A DNA stretch of 64,000 nt from the human T2T-CHM13v2.0 reference genome, Homo sapiens (GCF_009914755.1 NC_060930.1), one strand, 5' to 3'; shown: positions 49,252 through 64,000, counted from the stretch's first letter. Numbers and translations are program-made. Notes: generated by a model not told the origin, from the sequence alone.

Positions 49252-49960
49252 AGAACAATGTCCAACAGAAATATTATGTAAGCCACAAATGCAAACCTGG
49301 TAAGTCATTTTAAAGTTTCTAGTAGTCACATTTTTAAAAAAATTTAAAGATAAATGTATTACCTTGCTAAGGCTGCCACAACAAAATACCACAGGCTAGG
49401 TAGCTTAAGCAACAAAAATGTATTTTCTCACCATTCTAAAGCCTGCAACTCCAAGATCTAGGTGCTGCAGGATAAATTATTCTGAGGCCTTTCTCCTTGG
49501 CTTGTAGATGGCCACCTTTTTGCTGTGCCTCTCACGGCCTTTTCTCTATGCACATGCAACCCTGACATCTCTTCCTCTTCCTATAGAGATACCAGTCCTA
49601 TTGGATTAGGGCCCACCCAAATGACCTCATTTAACTTTATCTCCTTAAATTCCATATCTCCAAATACAGTCACACTGGGAATTAGGTCTTCAGTATATGA
49701 TTTTTCAGGGGGACACAATTCAGTCCATAATAACAGGTAAAATTAATTTTTAAAATGTGTTTCATTTAATTCAATATATCTAAGATATTATCATTTCAAC
49801 ATATAACCTTTTACATTTTGTATAACATGCTATTTTTATACTGCATCTTTAAAATCTGGTGTGTATTTTATGCTTATACTGCATCTTAATTTGGACTAGC
49901 CACTTTTTCAAATACTCTGTAGCCACATATAGCTAGTGACTACCATATTGGACAGCACAG
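49252..49960. mobile_element. MER33 (hAT-Charlie), split by MLT1A0
   Basis: TGTCCAACAGAAATATTATGTAAGCCAC left part; right part ...GGACTAGCCAC...GTAGCCACATATAGCTAGTGACTACCATATTGGACAGCACAG. Confidence 0.88.
49355..49735 (-). mobile_element. MLT1A0-like solo LTR (ERVL-MaLR)
   Basis: TGTATTA..TTGCTAAGGCTGCCACAACAAAATACCACAG...TGGATTAGGGCCCACCC..ATGACCTCATTTAAC...GGGGGACACAATTCAGTCCATAA. Confidence 0.9.
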
Positions 49961-50479
49961 GTATATCAGGACCAGATATACTATTCCAGATGACCCCTCT
50001 CTAAGCTGCAACTTAAACCTCATCCCCATTTGCTCAGGCTGCAATGTTTTGCCCATATAAAATGACTTTAGTTACAATACATTGCCAAGAGTAAGGGTGG
50101 ATTTTCCCACTGCACCTATCAATTCTTTTCATACAAAGTGGCACACATCTAGAAGGCTTTGTGGAGATGAGTCAAGATGAGGAAACGAACAACTTTCTTT
50201 GACAACAGAGGCTAAATCAGGAAGAGTAGAAAGCAACAGTTAAGAAACAATTTCAATGTTCTGGGCAGAGGGAAGGAAAACGATGTGAACTACATTTAAA
50301 AGGAAGGTGGTAATTCAGTACTGATTAGATGTGGGGAATAAAGATAAAAGTTGAAATGATTTCATGATTTTAAAAGAAGATTTTAAAGAAAATGACTGTG
50401 GGCAGTTCTCAAGACCTATGGGCAGTTCACAAGGTCCTTTCTAACTTTGCACCAAGATTCGCTTCAGCTAGAACATCCA

Positions 50480-51220
50480 AAGAGATCATCTCCAAATCTC
50501 CTTTACCTATTGAAGTCTTCTGAGCTCCAGTACCACATTTCAGGCTGCCTGGTAGACAATACCTGTAGAAATTTTTGTCATAAATTAAAAATTCACTTGC
50601 AAAAAATAAAATCAGGTCTTATCAGTCTCACAGTAAACCTGAGTTTCCTTTTGACTTCTCTCTAATTTTCTTTATATATAATCCATTCTCCCCATAATGC
50701 ATTTTTGGAACTTCAAAGTGAGTTCTGTTCTGAACCCTTTATATCAAGTTCTATCAGGCTTTTTAATTGTTTTTTTTTCCCACATTCTACCACCACTTTA
50801 ATTTTGGTTACTTTATTCCAAACTATTATGCTAGCCCCTAACTAGCTCTCTTATCCATCTCCTCCCCGTAATTTATGCTTCACAAAGCTGCCATTTAACC
50901 CCCTTAAATCACAGCTATGAATCTCTCCTCTGCCTACTGAATATGTGTACTTCATATTGCTGGTTAAGCTTTTGAGATCAGTCTTAACTGTTTCCAACCT
51001 CCCTGCCATCTTTACCGTATGTTATCCTCTTATACAAACTCCAACTTATCTGAATTACTACTCACCATTACCTTTAAAAAAATCATTAAATGTTTCCAGT
51101 TCCAAACTTTATCCCATATAGTACCTGCTGCCTGAAATGAAGTACTATCATCTTTTGTCATCTGCTGAAGTTTCAGCTCAAATGCCTTCTCTATGATGCT
51201 TTTCAGAATCACTCCAGCAA
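50480..51220 (+). mobile_element. Degraded L2 fragments
   Basis: TCTTCTGAGCTCCAGTACCACATTTC..CTGCCTGGTAGACA; CAGCTCAAATGCC.TCTCTATGATGCTTTTC. Confidence 0.55.
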
Positions 51221-51234
51221 TAAATCATTTCTTC

Positions 51235-52430
51235 ATTTATTCAATTCAAAACAGCTAGCCTTTTTTTGAACCTTCTATTACGTGCTAGGCACCAGCAAAT
51301 CAAAGACAAATGAACTATGGTCCCTAACTCAGGAGTCTCAATATTTATTAGTAGAAACAAATGCATAACAATCATCAATTATTTGTTACTTTAACAAATA
51401 TTTATCAAGCACCAATTATATCCTAGACACCACTCTAGACTCTGAGGATATAACATATACAAGATAGAGTGGCCTGTTTGGAATCAGGCTGCACAGCAGG
51501 AAGTAAGTGGTGGGTGAGCAAGTGAAGCTTCATCTGTATTTACAGCCACTCCACATTGCTCACATTACCACCTGACCTACCCCTCATGTCAGATCAGCGG
51601 CAGCCTTAGATTCTCATAGGAGCGCGAACCCTAACATGAACTATGCATGTGAGGAATCTAGGTTGTGGATTCCTTATGAGAATCCAATGCCTGATGATCT
51701 GTTAGTCTCCCATCACCCCCAGATGAGACTATCTAGTTGCAGGAAAACAAGCTCAGGACTCCTACTGATTCCACATTATGGTGAGTTCTATAATTATTTT
51801 ATTATTTATTATAATGTAATAATGATAGAAATAAAGTGCACAATAAATGTAACCTGCTTGAACCATCCCAAAACCATCCCCTGCTCCCTGATCTGTGGAA
51901 AAATTTTCTTCCACAAAACTGGTCCCTGTTTCCAAAAAGGTTGGGGATGCTGCTCTAAGTGGATCAGCAAGAACATAACAGATAGTGATAAGTTTTGTAC
52001 TAACAACGACAATAGGATGATATGATAGGGAGTGACTACTTGGCTGATTTGGATAGGAATGATGTTTAATCTAATACATGAAGGACAAGAAGGCAGACAC
52101 ATAAAGCTTGGGGGAAGAGTATTCTAGGCCAAGGAAATAGCTGTTATAAAGACCATAAAGCCAGAACTTGCTTGGCACATTTGAAGAACTGAAAAGGTTG
52201 TAGCTGGAACTGTAAGGGATTTCTGGGGAAAGAGTGGACTGTAAGGAAGCAAGAATGGAATCACAGATACTAATTATGAGGCTCTTGCAATAACCTGGGC
52301 AAATAGCTGATAGGGGCTTAGAAAAGATGGTGAGAAATGGGCAAATTCAATATAAACTTGGAGGTAGTCTATAAGACTTTCTGATGAATTGGATGTGTGG
52401 AGTGACAGAGCATAAAATCAATGTTGATGA
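51235..52430 (-). mobile_element. L2 fragments (two 3' ends), one interrupted by MER1A
   Basis: TTCATTTATTCAA, TTTAACAAATATTTATCAAGCACC; after the MER1A: CAGATAGTGATAAG..., GGGGAAGAGTATTCTAGGC. Confidence 0.75.
51469..51952 (+). mobile_element. MER1A (hAT-Charlie), 5' TIR missing
   Basis: GTGAAGCTTCATCTGTATTTACAGCC, GATTCTCATAGGAGCGCGAACCC, AGTTGCAGGAAAACAAGCTCAGG, end CCAAAAAGGTTGGGGATGCTG. Confidence 0.92.
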
Positions 52431-53019
52431 TAATGTAATGCAATAGAACCATACCTGGGGGTGCATGCAAACACTTAGCAGGGAGACATTAATCCTAGTG
52501 TATGTGTGGGGGAGGGAGGAAGTCATGGAAGAGCTCCCCTGCAAACAACATTAACGCTACCTAAGAGTCCTTTGAGTCACAGTTACCTAAGTTTATGTCA
52601 TCTTTTTTAATAAAATATAGTCTTAAAGGCAGAAAATCTAACATACTTTGGTTTTCCCCTCCCCCACAACACCCAGAATAGTGCTCTGTGATAACAGCAA
52701 GCCATATAACTTTTGGATAAATAAGTAAAAGAACAAATGTACGTCTTAATCATTGAAAACATGATGATGATATCACTGACAGAAATGAAAGACAAGCGAG
52801 AGCCAGTATGTCGGGGAAAAGGGAGGCACAAAAAATGTTGATTTAGAAGTAAAGTTGCCATGTTGAAAAAGAAATGATTCCTAATTTTTAGGAGAGTAGG
52901 AAAGAATAGAAATGCACTATTGTCTTTTTTAGGCCCACAACTTAGTGACTTTTGGTAGGGTTATGCCTTCAAATAGTCAGATATTATTATGAATATTAAT
53001 ACATGTCTTAATAAGAAGA

Positions 53020-53225
53020 AGAATCATACCACTTCCTCCATGGTAAGCATGGTGGGTGCTTTATGGACATCTTATTTAATCCCAACAGAGTTCCATGTGG
53101 TAGCTGTTTGTATCACCATTTTACAGATGAAGGACTTCAGCCACAGAAAAGTCAAGCACTTCCCCGGGGCCTCACAGCTTGAAGACAAAGAACTGGGATT
53201 CAAACTCATGTTTAGACAGTTGCTT
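53020..53225 (-). mobile_element. MIR
   Basis: TTATTTAATCCC...CCATTTTACAGATGAAGGA...GAACTGGGATTCAAACTCA. Confidence 0.82.
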
Positions 53226-53699
53226 GCATTTGCCAACTTTTACCAGCCAACTTTGCTCTCTGTATAATTCTAGATGTTTCGAATTCAAGTTTATTTATAC
53301 ATAAATGCGTTATTTCTAAAGACTAGACACTTGTGAAACTGAATTACAATTTCCTGTTGAATCCCTTCATGGAGTTTCTTAAATATAAATCCACCTCAAT
53401 CTTATGTTTCATTGTACATATTTAACTATATAAACAGTGTACACATGTTGATTATGTCTATAAAGTCACTCTACAGTTTTGATTCTATGACAGATCAACA
53501 TTTATCATTCTGGTTAGTGGTGCCCATTATATACTATAAAGGAATTCACATTTCCGCTGTCACACACCAATATAATGTCCTAGAGTCCTAGAAAAAGATA
53601 AGAGTGGGAAATAAGCTCTGTTAGTGCACCCAAAAGTAGGAGGAACAAAATCCTTCTCTCAGATTTACATATATTGTGTCCAAAGGCAAAAGTAACCCC

Positions 53700-53815
53700 G
53701 ATGAGAAGATCAATCATACCCAGAGCCTTGGCATCATGCAGTATATCTATACAACAAACCTGCACATATGCACCCTGAATTTTAAAATAGATGTTGAAAT
53801 TATATTTAAAAATAT
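53700..53815 (+). mobile_element. L1PA15-17/L1PB-like 3' terminal stub
   Basis: GGCATCATGCAGTATA...AACAAACCTGCACATATGCACCCTGAAT..AAAATA..GTTGAAATTAT. Confidence 0.75.
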
Positions 53816-56768
53816 TTCTAACTAACCCCAAAATAATTGATTTCTTTTAAACAAACACCAGAGGCTTCTAAAGAATATTTTTGCCTACATTTTCTTTGGT
53901 CATTTTAAACAAATTTGAGCATGCACCCCTATTTTATAATAAAGGGATTTTTGCCCTCGTTTCAAGAAAAATGTGAATCTTGGTACTTAGGAGGGAATGA
54001 GGCCTATCACTGTATCTTGATAATGCTAATCAACAATGCAGGAGAGGAAAATAACAGCCTGGATGAGCAGACTACACAGAGTGAGTGGGAAGCTGATGAG
54101 GCTTATTGCTTTCAAATGTCGACCCTATTTATAATGAACACTCAGAAAAACAGGACCACGTTCCCTTTGCACACAACTGTGGCAAAGCTGTACTCTCCTG
54201 TTTCTCACAATGAGATTTTTTAAACGACGCCGTTGATCTTCTTGGGAATCAAATGATTCAGACAAATGTCTAGAATGGGCTTTGAAAGGCATCTTGGGAA
54301 GAAGTGTCCCTAAACCCTCGTGGATAAGGATCTATTCCATTTTCAAATCCCAGGAGTAAATGTGCTTGGCACACCCTCTTTCAGATACTTAACCAATCTT
54401 GCCCTTGTTATTATGGCGTGCTTTGAGAAGAGATGAGGAGCAGGCCTGGCCTGGTGGAAACCCTGTCAGATATGTTCATTAGTGCCCTTTTTCATTTCCC
54501 CCACATTAGGTTCAGCCTGCAAGCCCAATAGTCCCTACTCCTTTCCCTGGCCCACAGCCAAGAAGAAAGCCTAATGGCTGGAGGGACAAGGTGTTTGGGT
54601 TCTGATACCACTAGCAAAGCTTGATTGCTCTGTGTAGTCACTGCAGTCAGACTGGTGTGTATTTCCTCATCAAAGAGGAACTCTGATGCTTTACACCGTA
54701 ATTTGTATAATTAATCTTCTGAGTTTTTTTGAAATTGCATTTTTGTTGTTGTTGCTGTTGTTAATAAATGCCACAGTGTTATCAATCCACATTTAGTACC
54801 AAGAGGAAATAACAATGCACATGAAAGTGAAATTGCAAACCTAGCTCCACCAAAGGTGTCACTCATGAATGATGGGTAAAATGCTGCCATCTTTTGGTTA
54901 TTGACAAGAGTGAATGGGGGTGGAAAAGTGAGGGGTGAAAAATAGAGTTTGTTATTCTAAATGCAAATTCTCCAGGTTGCTGAGACCTTATTAAAAAAGC
55001 TCGGAGAAACATCCTTTAGAATTTCCAGAATTTTTCTTTTTTATTCACAGAAGTTTCTGCTGCTTCATAGACTGTGCAACAAAGGGTTTGTTCCTCTAGC
55101 TGCAAGGACTTGTCTGTGGAGTCCAGTAAGTAGAACTGGGTGCAATAATACAGTAGAGGGCTTGTTAGCTCTAGTAAAGAACAAGTGGAATCAGGTTGGT
55201 GTAAACAGTCACTTCACTATGACTGTGGTACACTCTTCCTGCCTCAGGAATACTTGAGAGCACCTTGCATTATGTTGCATTGAAATCCATGTTTCCCAGG
55301 GTAATGAATTATGTACCATTTGTACTCCAGCCTCTTTTGAGCACTCAGCTCTAAATGTTTGCATCAGTGCCAGTGAGTGTAAGGTGATCTCATTAGGGCA
55401 AGAGAGGTGGAATATATATTAGTAGACACAGTATAATTCCCCAATAGCTTAATGTCAATTTACGATTAAAATGCAACTCCACATGCCATTTCTTGAGAAA
55501 ACTACAAAGCTACAATTTTATTACATAGTCCAAAAGGAAAAGTCCCCAAGTGCATGAACTGGCCCAGTCAACATCTTGCTACAAGACCAGCCCTCCTCAT
55601 GCATGCAGCTGCTCTGAGGTGGGAAGTAACAGAAGCCCTCGGGTGGTGTGAATTCTGCCGTCATACACCTGCTACATCAATTAAACCTGTCGTCCTCTTT
55701 TGGTGGCTAGTTCTGAGAAACTGACGGTTCATACCTTGCTTTTTCAGAAACTATCATGGTAGGCATTTCCCAGTTGAATGTTCTCTATTCGGCAGTCTCA
55801 CTTGAGACATTTACTAATTTATGATCAGTTTTGTTTATTAAATAATTCAAAGGAGTTGAAAATAGTTTATACTCTTTCCCATTTGGAGGCTGAAAATGGG
55901 CTTCCAGGATGCGCTGAGGCCAGGCTGCCTTCTAGAATTTAACATTGAGCTTACTTCTACTGCAGGATTGGATTATCTAGTGATATTTGCTATGAAATCC
56001 ATGGAATTCGAGGTTTTTGTACTTTAAATGAACAAACTGGGTTGTATGCTATTACCTAAGAATAGGTGTTGTCAAGTCAACCATTTAAATTGTTTTGGGT
56101 ATATACTATGAATCTGTCTTCACCCCTTGGAGAAGAGGTGTGGTGCACATCCTAAACATCTGTAATCTGGCAACAAGAAGAGAGAGTGTTTTATTTTTAT
56201 CTATAGGCTCTCTGTAATATGTATGTGTATCTGTGTGAACATGCACATAAATTATATATATAAATACATAAAATTATATATATAGTGAGGTTTTAACACA
56301 ACAATGAAAGTGGCTTAGTAAGCTGCCAATTTGAAGTAAATATATGTTTTTTTTTACACTACCAAAGAAATACAACTTTTGAATGTGTGTGTTTGTATTG
56401 GGTGATGTTGGAGCAAATGTACAAGAACACTTGTTTCTGTACCTTGCCTCTTCTTAAAATATTGTCTTGAAAGAATGTTATTGGCAACAATGAAAGAACA
56501 CAAATTTTACAAATATTTCCCACCTCTTCTTTTTGAGCCTTTTAGTCAAATAGTAAACTAAAACGGTAGCAAAAAATAAAAATATCATGCAAAATCAAAA
56601 GGAACTATTTAAGATAAATGTACCTGAATAAGAGCAAATCACAATCAAAAACTAATGTGCCAAGGTGAGCTTATTTCAAGGCAACCTCTTCCCTTTCCCT
56701 CCCATATCTAATCCCATGCATCTGTTCATTCATTTGCCCCTCCCTTTACTATGATATGGTTCCTTTAG

Positions 56769-56781
56769 GTTGCTTGGCAAC
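56769..56781. promoter_or_regulatory. Palindromic RFX X-box candidate GTTGCTTGGCAAC
   Basis: Two inverted GTTGC half-sites in unique sequence; motif match only. Confidence 0.45.
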
Positions 56782-59439
56782 CATTATAATGCTGCTGCAC
56801 ATGCGTGCTAGATAATAAATCCTATCTTGCTTTATTTTTCTCCTTCTTTAAAACAAGGAATTACAAAACAAGATATTTCCCCCTTTTTCTAATGGACAAA
56901 AAACATCTGTGGGAATTTCAAAAGCACATAAAATGCCTGCAAGGATGCAGATAAGTAATTAAAATTCTTGACAAAGTGTAACTGATCATTGCCTAATGTG
57001 TCTACATGCAGTTATTATTTGCAATGGCCTCCTCTTTTAAATATGTGTACATTAATGTACATATGTCGATATATGTGTGTGTGGAACTATAAAGAGAAAA
57101 GAAGAGAAAGAAAAGAAAGTGACAGCTGCTATGCCCCAAACAAAGAAAATAAAGAAAATTCCTGGAAATAATCTTGTTTTATTTTATTTTATTTTTTAAA
57201 CAGTGAATGCAGTAGTTTAGAAGACAGGACCTGGACTAAATCCATCTACTTTTTTCTATAAGAAATCAGACAAAGCTTATGGATTTCCCCTTCCCCTCCT
57301 TGGCAAATCCGAGTGTCCTGCTGCTTTCATTTGTTTTTGATCTGCCTCATTAAAAGACTATTGATGGCTTTAACTATTGTTCTTGTTTAGGTGCTGATTT
57401 ACAAGCACTAATATCTGACTGTGCGAGATTAATGGGAGTCCAGGCAGTTTATGATTATCCTGAGGTCCCTGACCACACATGTAGGGGTTTGGGTAGGGGT
57501 CATGCACTCCTATGAAAAACTCCAAAGCAGGCTTAAACCTGGGAACGTTTTAATAGGATTGAATCTGTAATAGGATTTGGCAGCTTGGCCGAAACTGGAT
57601 GGTGTGGCTTGTTTGGGGTTTCTTTCTCTTCTCTCTTTTTAATATATATATATTTTTAATCTTAGAGTCATTATTGTCTTGGAATAAAAAGGTAATATTT
57701 TATGATGAAGTCCAAATATTGTTACTGTACTTTAAAGGAGTCTTTAAGGGGGAAAAACACTGTACAATACAGGATATTAAAAGAAAAGAATGCTGGGGCA
57801 TGAAATGCTCTTCCTATTATGTAGTAAATTAGAAGGTAAAAAATAAAAGATGGGGATAGAAAAATATTTCTGTTGTGAATGGCTGTGTATTTTTAGCTAA
57901 AAATGCTTTAAGTAGTCTAAAAGACACGGGCAACATAGGGCTATTTATAAAGGAGGATATTTCTCCCAGGCAGGCAAAGCTGCCCCTCCTGGCACCATGT
58001 TTTGCTGAATAGCACAGCGCCCTGAAGCTGAAGTCTCCCTTAGTCAAACAACAAGGGCACTCTGAGTGACAGCAGCAGTGTGGCGCATTCGATTTTTGAA
58101 TAATATCGCAAACACGAATAAAATTCAAAGTAAAGATACCACACTCTTGATAATATCCCAAATGGAATTCTATCAATATTTTAGTTCCCATTTGAAATCT
58201 GGCACAAGGGACTGTGAGCTTTGCCGACTCTATCTTCTATGTCAATTCACTTGATTGTAGTGTGGAAATTCAGGAACAGTGGCGGTAATATTATTTAACC
58301 TCTTGTACTCCGGTCATTTGAACATTATAAGGACACCCTTACATAAAGATGCTTTTATTAATTTTAGTGGGCTGGAAATGAAAACGCAAGATATACAGCG
58401 CAGGCCTAGAGGGTCATACAAGTGCCCTTTTACAGGACCTAACCTGTAAATCTCAAAGCACAAAAGAAGTTACCGTGGCTATAAGACCTCATAAAAAGGT
58501 AATAGGAAAATAAATTACAGATTTTGTTTTGGTTGGCTTTAAAAATCTGGTTGTAGCAGAACTTTTAGGAAATCTAAACTTTAACTAAATATCCGGAGTG
58601 TATTTATGACTTCAAAGAAATTCACTTTCACACCCAAATATGTAACACAGCCAAGTCATTCTACTGTATTACTTGCTGTCATTCTGCTTCAGAAAGTTGC
58701 ACATTTTTCAAATAGAACTATAGAAATGAAATGAACATATTATTTCAAACAGTGTTTTTTCACAGAATCATTTTCTTCTTTGTTTATTTTTATTCCAAAG
58801 ACTATTTTTCAAAGTCTATTTTTTTTGTAGTGTTGTTATAATAATGATCTTTCAACCCAAAGGTCTGAGGGTTGTTTATAATTGCTATTATTCCTTTCTA
58901 ACTACATAGAACATTCTTCCTATAATATCCACATCTATACATACTGTAAATATTAAGCATTTATTATAGCTGTGACTATTTTTATTACATGGAAGGTAGT
59001 AAGTAACCTAGGTCTTGTATTCATGAATAAAGCAATTTATAGTGGTGATATTAGTGTCCATATAGCATTGATGTCATAAGAACCACAGAAGTATTGACGG
59101 GAAGCCTCTCAGACACAATGCTTTGACCACTGGTCAGGACTGAGATGATCCCAGTACCCGCTGAGGACAAAGCCACAAGGGACCTGACAGCCACTATAAA
59201 CATTTTGGATACACATCAACCAGTGCTTGAAAAATGCTCCATTCCTAATGCTCTCCATAAACTCAGGTCCAGTGTTGTTATCACGATCACTGGTTGTTAC
59301 TATCTAATATCAAATATATTTCTCATTGTTCTAATATTTCCTATTGTTCACATCCTAGGAAGGAAGAAAAATCTATTACTTAATCCAATAACCTGGTATC
59401 TTCTTCTATAAATTCAAACTGCACTTAAATACTGCTTGA

Positions 59440-59600
59440 CTAATCGCTTACACATTCTCATAAAGTATGCTGAGAAAGACATCATGATCCTCTATTTTGC
59501 AGACTGAGAAGGTGAGATGAGGTGATATAAAGTGGCTTAGGGAGGACCAATTTAGTGACATCTAAGAATTCTACCTGAGTTCAACTCAGAACTGATTCAA
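59440..59600 (-). mobile_element. MIR fragment
   Basis: ATCCTCTATTTTGCAGACTGAGAAGGTGAG...AAAGTGGCTT. Confidence 0.55.
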
Positions 59601-60234
59601 ACTTTCTAAGTTTGAAATGCCATGGAAGTGAGTTATGAAAGCTACGAACTTGCTCTCTGGATGCCAGTGTATTAATATTTTCTTTTGCACTTGCATGAGC
59701 TTTAAAGTATAATTTGACAAAACTTATCCTGAATGCTAAAAACTGATTAACATCATCGTCATAAAGAAAAACAAAGTTTTTACACACAAAGACAAAAATT
59801 TCCTTTTACTGAAGTGCCTAGTTCTGATTTTCAGAAATATCAATTATAACTAAAAAACTCTTGAAAATTTCCAAAAGGTTTTCTAATTAAAAGGACAGAT
59901 CCAATGCAAAGATGATACATAGAACGTGTGTGTAAAAAGAGAAAGATAAGAAAAGAAAAAAGATTACGGTTGTTTAATTATAACATTTACAAAGCTAACA
60001 TTACAACATTATGGGTAATCATCTTATTTGTAAAGCCTTAGAAGTGTGAAACTAAATATCCATGAAGTAACCTAATTTTCTGTGTTTCTTCCATAACATC
60101 CTCTCATGACAGTCAGCTAACTTAGTGCAACATGCCAATCATTGCTATAGAGAGATGGTGATTTTCATTTGACCTGATTTTTTACAAAGAGGAAGGCCCG
60201 ACGTATGTATTTGAAAAGATGGGAGTTGGGGGAT

Positions 60235-60270
60235 TGTTTGTTTGTTTGTTTGTTTTGGTTTGGTTTGGTT
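60235..60270. repeat. (TTTG)n/(TTTGG)n microsatellite
   Basis: Directly visible. Confidence 0.85.
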
Positions 60271-60626
60271 AGGATATATCATTACATTTTACTTTCTAAT
60301 TTTTGAATGCAAATTGTACTTAGAACTGTGATCAGAATTACTTCTGTTTATGTTTAATTACAGTGTTCGTGACTGCATGCAACAAATGTAAACATTCATC
60401 AGCATGTATGGAAACTGCTCGTCGCTACAGCGTGTGCTATGTCTGTTCTTTTCCTGATCCCAGCAGTAAGTAAATCTTGGCAAAAATAGAGGATACAGCT
60501 ATGAAATGAGCCCAATTCAAAAGTGGTGTAATATCGGTAATATATGTTTGGGCTCTTCTCACAATGAGAACCATACAGTTTAGTAGATAAATTCTAATAG
60601 TTTATTTCATTTAAAACATCCCTTCT

Positions 60627-62754
<2,128 letters not shown>

Positions 62755-62755
62755 A

Positions 62756-63721
62756 AGAAAATTTTTGCAATCTACCTATCTGAAAAAGAGCTAATATCCA
62801 GAATCTACAAAGAACTTAAACAAATTTACAAGCAAAAAAAAACAACCCCATCAAAAAGTGGGCGAAGGATATGAACAGACACTTGTCAAAAGAAGACATT
62901 TATGCAGCCAACAGACACATGAAAAAATGCTCATCATCGTTGGCCATCAGAAAAATGCAAATCAAAACCACAATGAGATACCATCTCACACCAGTTAGAA
63001 TGGGGATCATTAAAAAGTCAGGAAGAAACAGGTGCTGGAGAGGATGTGGAGAAATAGGAACACTTTTACACTGTTGGTGGGACTGTAAACTAGTTCAACC
63101 ATTTTGGAAGACAGTGTGGTGATTTCTCAGGGATCTAGAACTAGAAATACCATTTGACCCAGCCATCCCATTACTGGGTATATACCCAAAGGATTATAAA
63201 TCATGCTGCTAGAAAGACACATGCACATGTATGTTTATTCAGGCACTATTCACAATAGCAAAGACTTGGAACCAACCCAAATGTCCATCAATGATAGACT
63301 GGATTAAGAAAATGTGGCACATATACACCATGGAATACTATGAAACCATAAAAAAGGATGAGTTCATATCCTTTGTAGGGGCATGGATGAAGCTGGAAAC
63401 CATCATTCTCAGCAAACTATCGCAAGGACAGAAAACCAAACACCACATGTTCTCACTCATAGGTGGGAATTGAACAATGAGAACACTTGGACACAGGAAG
63501 GGGAACATCACACAGTGGGGCCTGTCATGGGGTTGGGGGAGGGGGGAGGGATAGCATTAGGAGATATACCTAATGTAAATGACGAGTTAATGGGTACAGC
63601 ACACCAACATGGCACATGGATACATATGTAACAAACCTGCACATTGTGCACATGTACCCTAGAACTTAGAGTATAATAATAAAAAATAAAATAAAATAAA
63701 GTAAAAGCAGAACTGTTAAAA
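62756..63721 (+). mobile_element. Sense 3' segment of the same L1PA4 (ORF2 end, 3'UTR, double A-tail)
   Basis: AGAAAATTTTTGCAATC...[17 protein letters not shown]...; 3'UTR GGACAGAAAACC, AATGTAAATGAC, CCTAGAACTT. Shared TSD AAAA(C/A)ATCCCTTCTT at 60613-60627 and 63722-63736. Confidence 0.97.
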
Positions 63722-64000
63722 AAAAAATCCCTTCTTTGGCTAACCATGGCCTCTTCTGCAGGCATGGAAGTAAAATGGTTAAAAGAAAATTATGCTTCTC
63801 ACAATGGCAGAGCAAACTACTATTCCAAAGTCTCCCAAAGAGTGAGATATTGTGTTTAGGAGTCTAGGAAGCAGTTGATGATTCTTTGGTTAAATATGTT
63901 TGATGAAGTGCTTGTTTAACCAAGTTCCTTTAGTTCAGGTGTAGAGCTTTTCGTATGCTAATGCACATTTTGAATTTTCCAGAGAGTAATCGTATACACA

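Noticed and set aside
51636-52102. Overlapping 129-aa and 97-aa ORFs
   Set aside because: Lie within the non-autonomous MER1A and L2; no transposase similarity.

Overview
AT-rich simian primate genomic DNA, most likely human or hominoid (AluS/AluY, L1PA3-4, MER and MLT families). It is intergenic or deep-intronic. I recognise no host protein-coding gene, RNA gene or CRISPR array, and every long ORF in the track is an L1 ORF2 remnant or an Alu antisense/simple-repeat artefact. The window alternates TE-dense blocks (about 10.9-23.3 kb, 28.3-37.8 kb, 47.4-53.8 kb, 60.6-63.7 kb) with TE-poor unique blocks (about 2.4-5.9, 23.3-26, 37.8-47.4, 53.8-60.6 kb) that resemble conserved enhancer territory. 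Most informative structures: (1) a 5'-inverted (twin-primed) L1PA4 with a TSD, an 18-bp junction deletion and a 17-bp 3' micro-transduction; (2) a perfect 17-bp-stem hairpin that feeds a 24-bp minisatellite at about 29.9-30.1 kb; (3) an apparently full-length ancient L1MA9-like element splitting a MIR and carrying an AluSp; (4) a cluster of splice signals and a motif-dense, CpG-retaining unique block at 2.6-4.9 kb. I found no convincing previously undescribed biological system. Subfamily names come from remembered consensus sequences and need RepeatMasker/Dfam confirmation, and boundaries of old elements are approximate. I cannot name the chromosomal locus.
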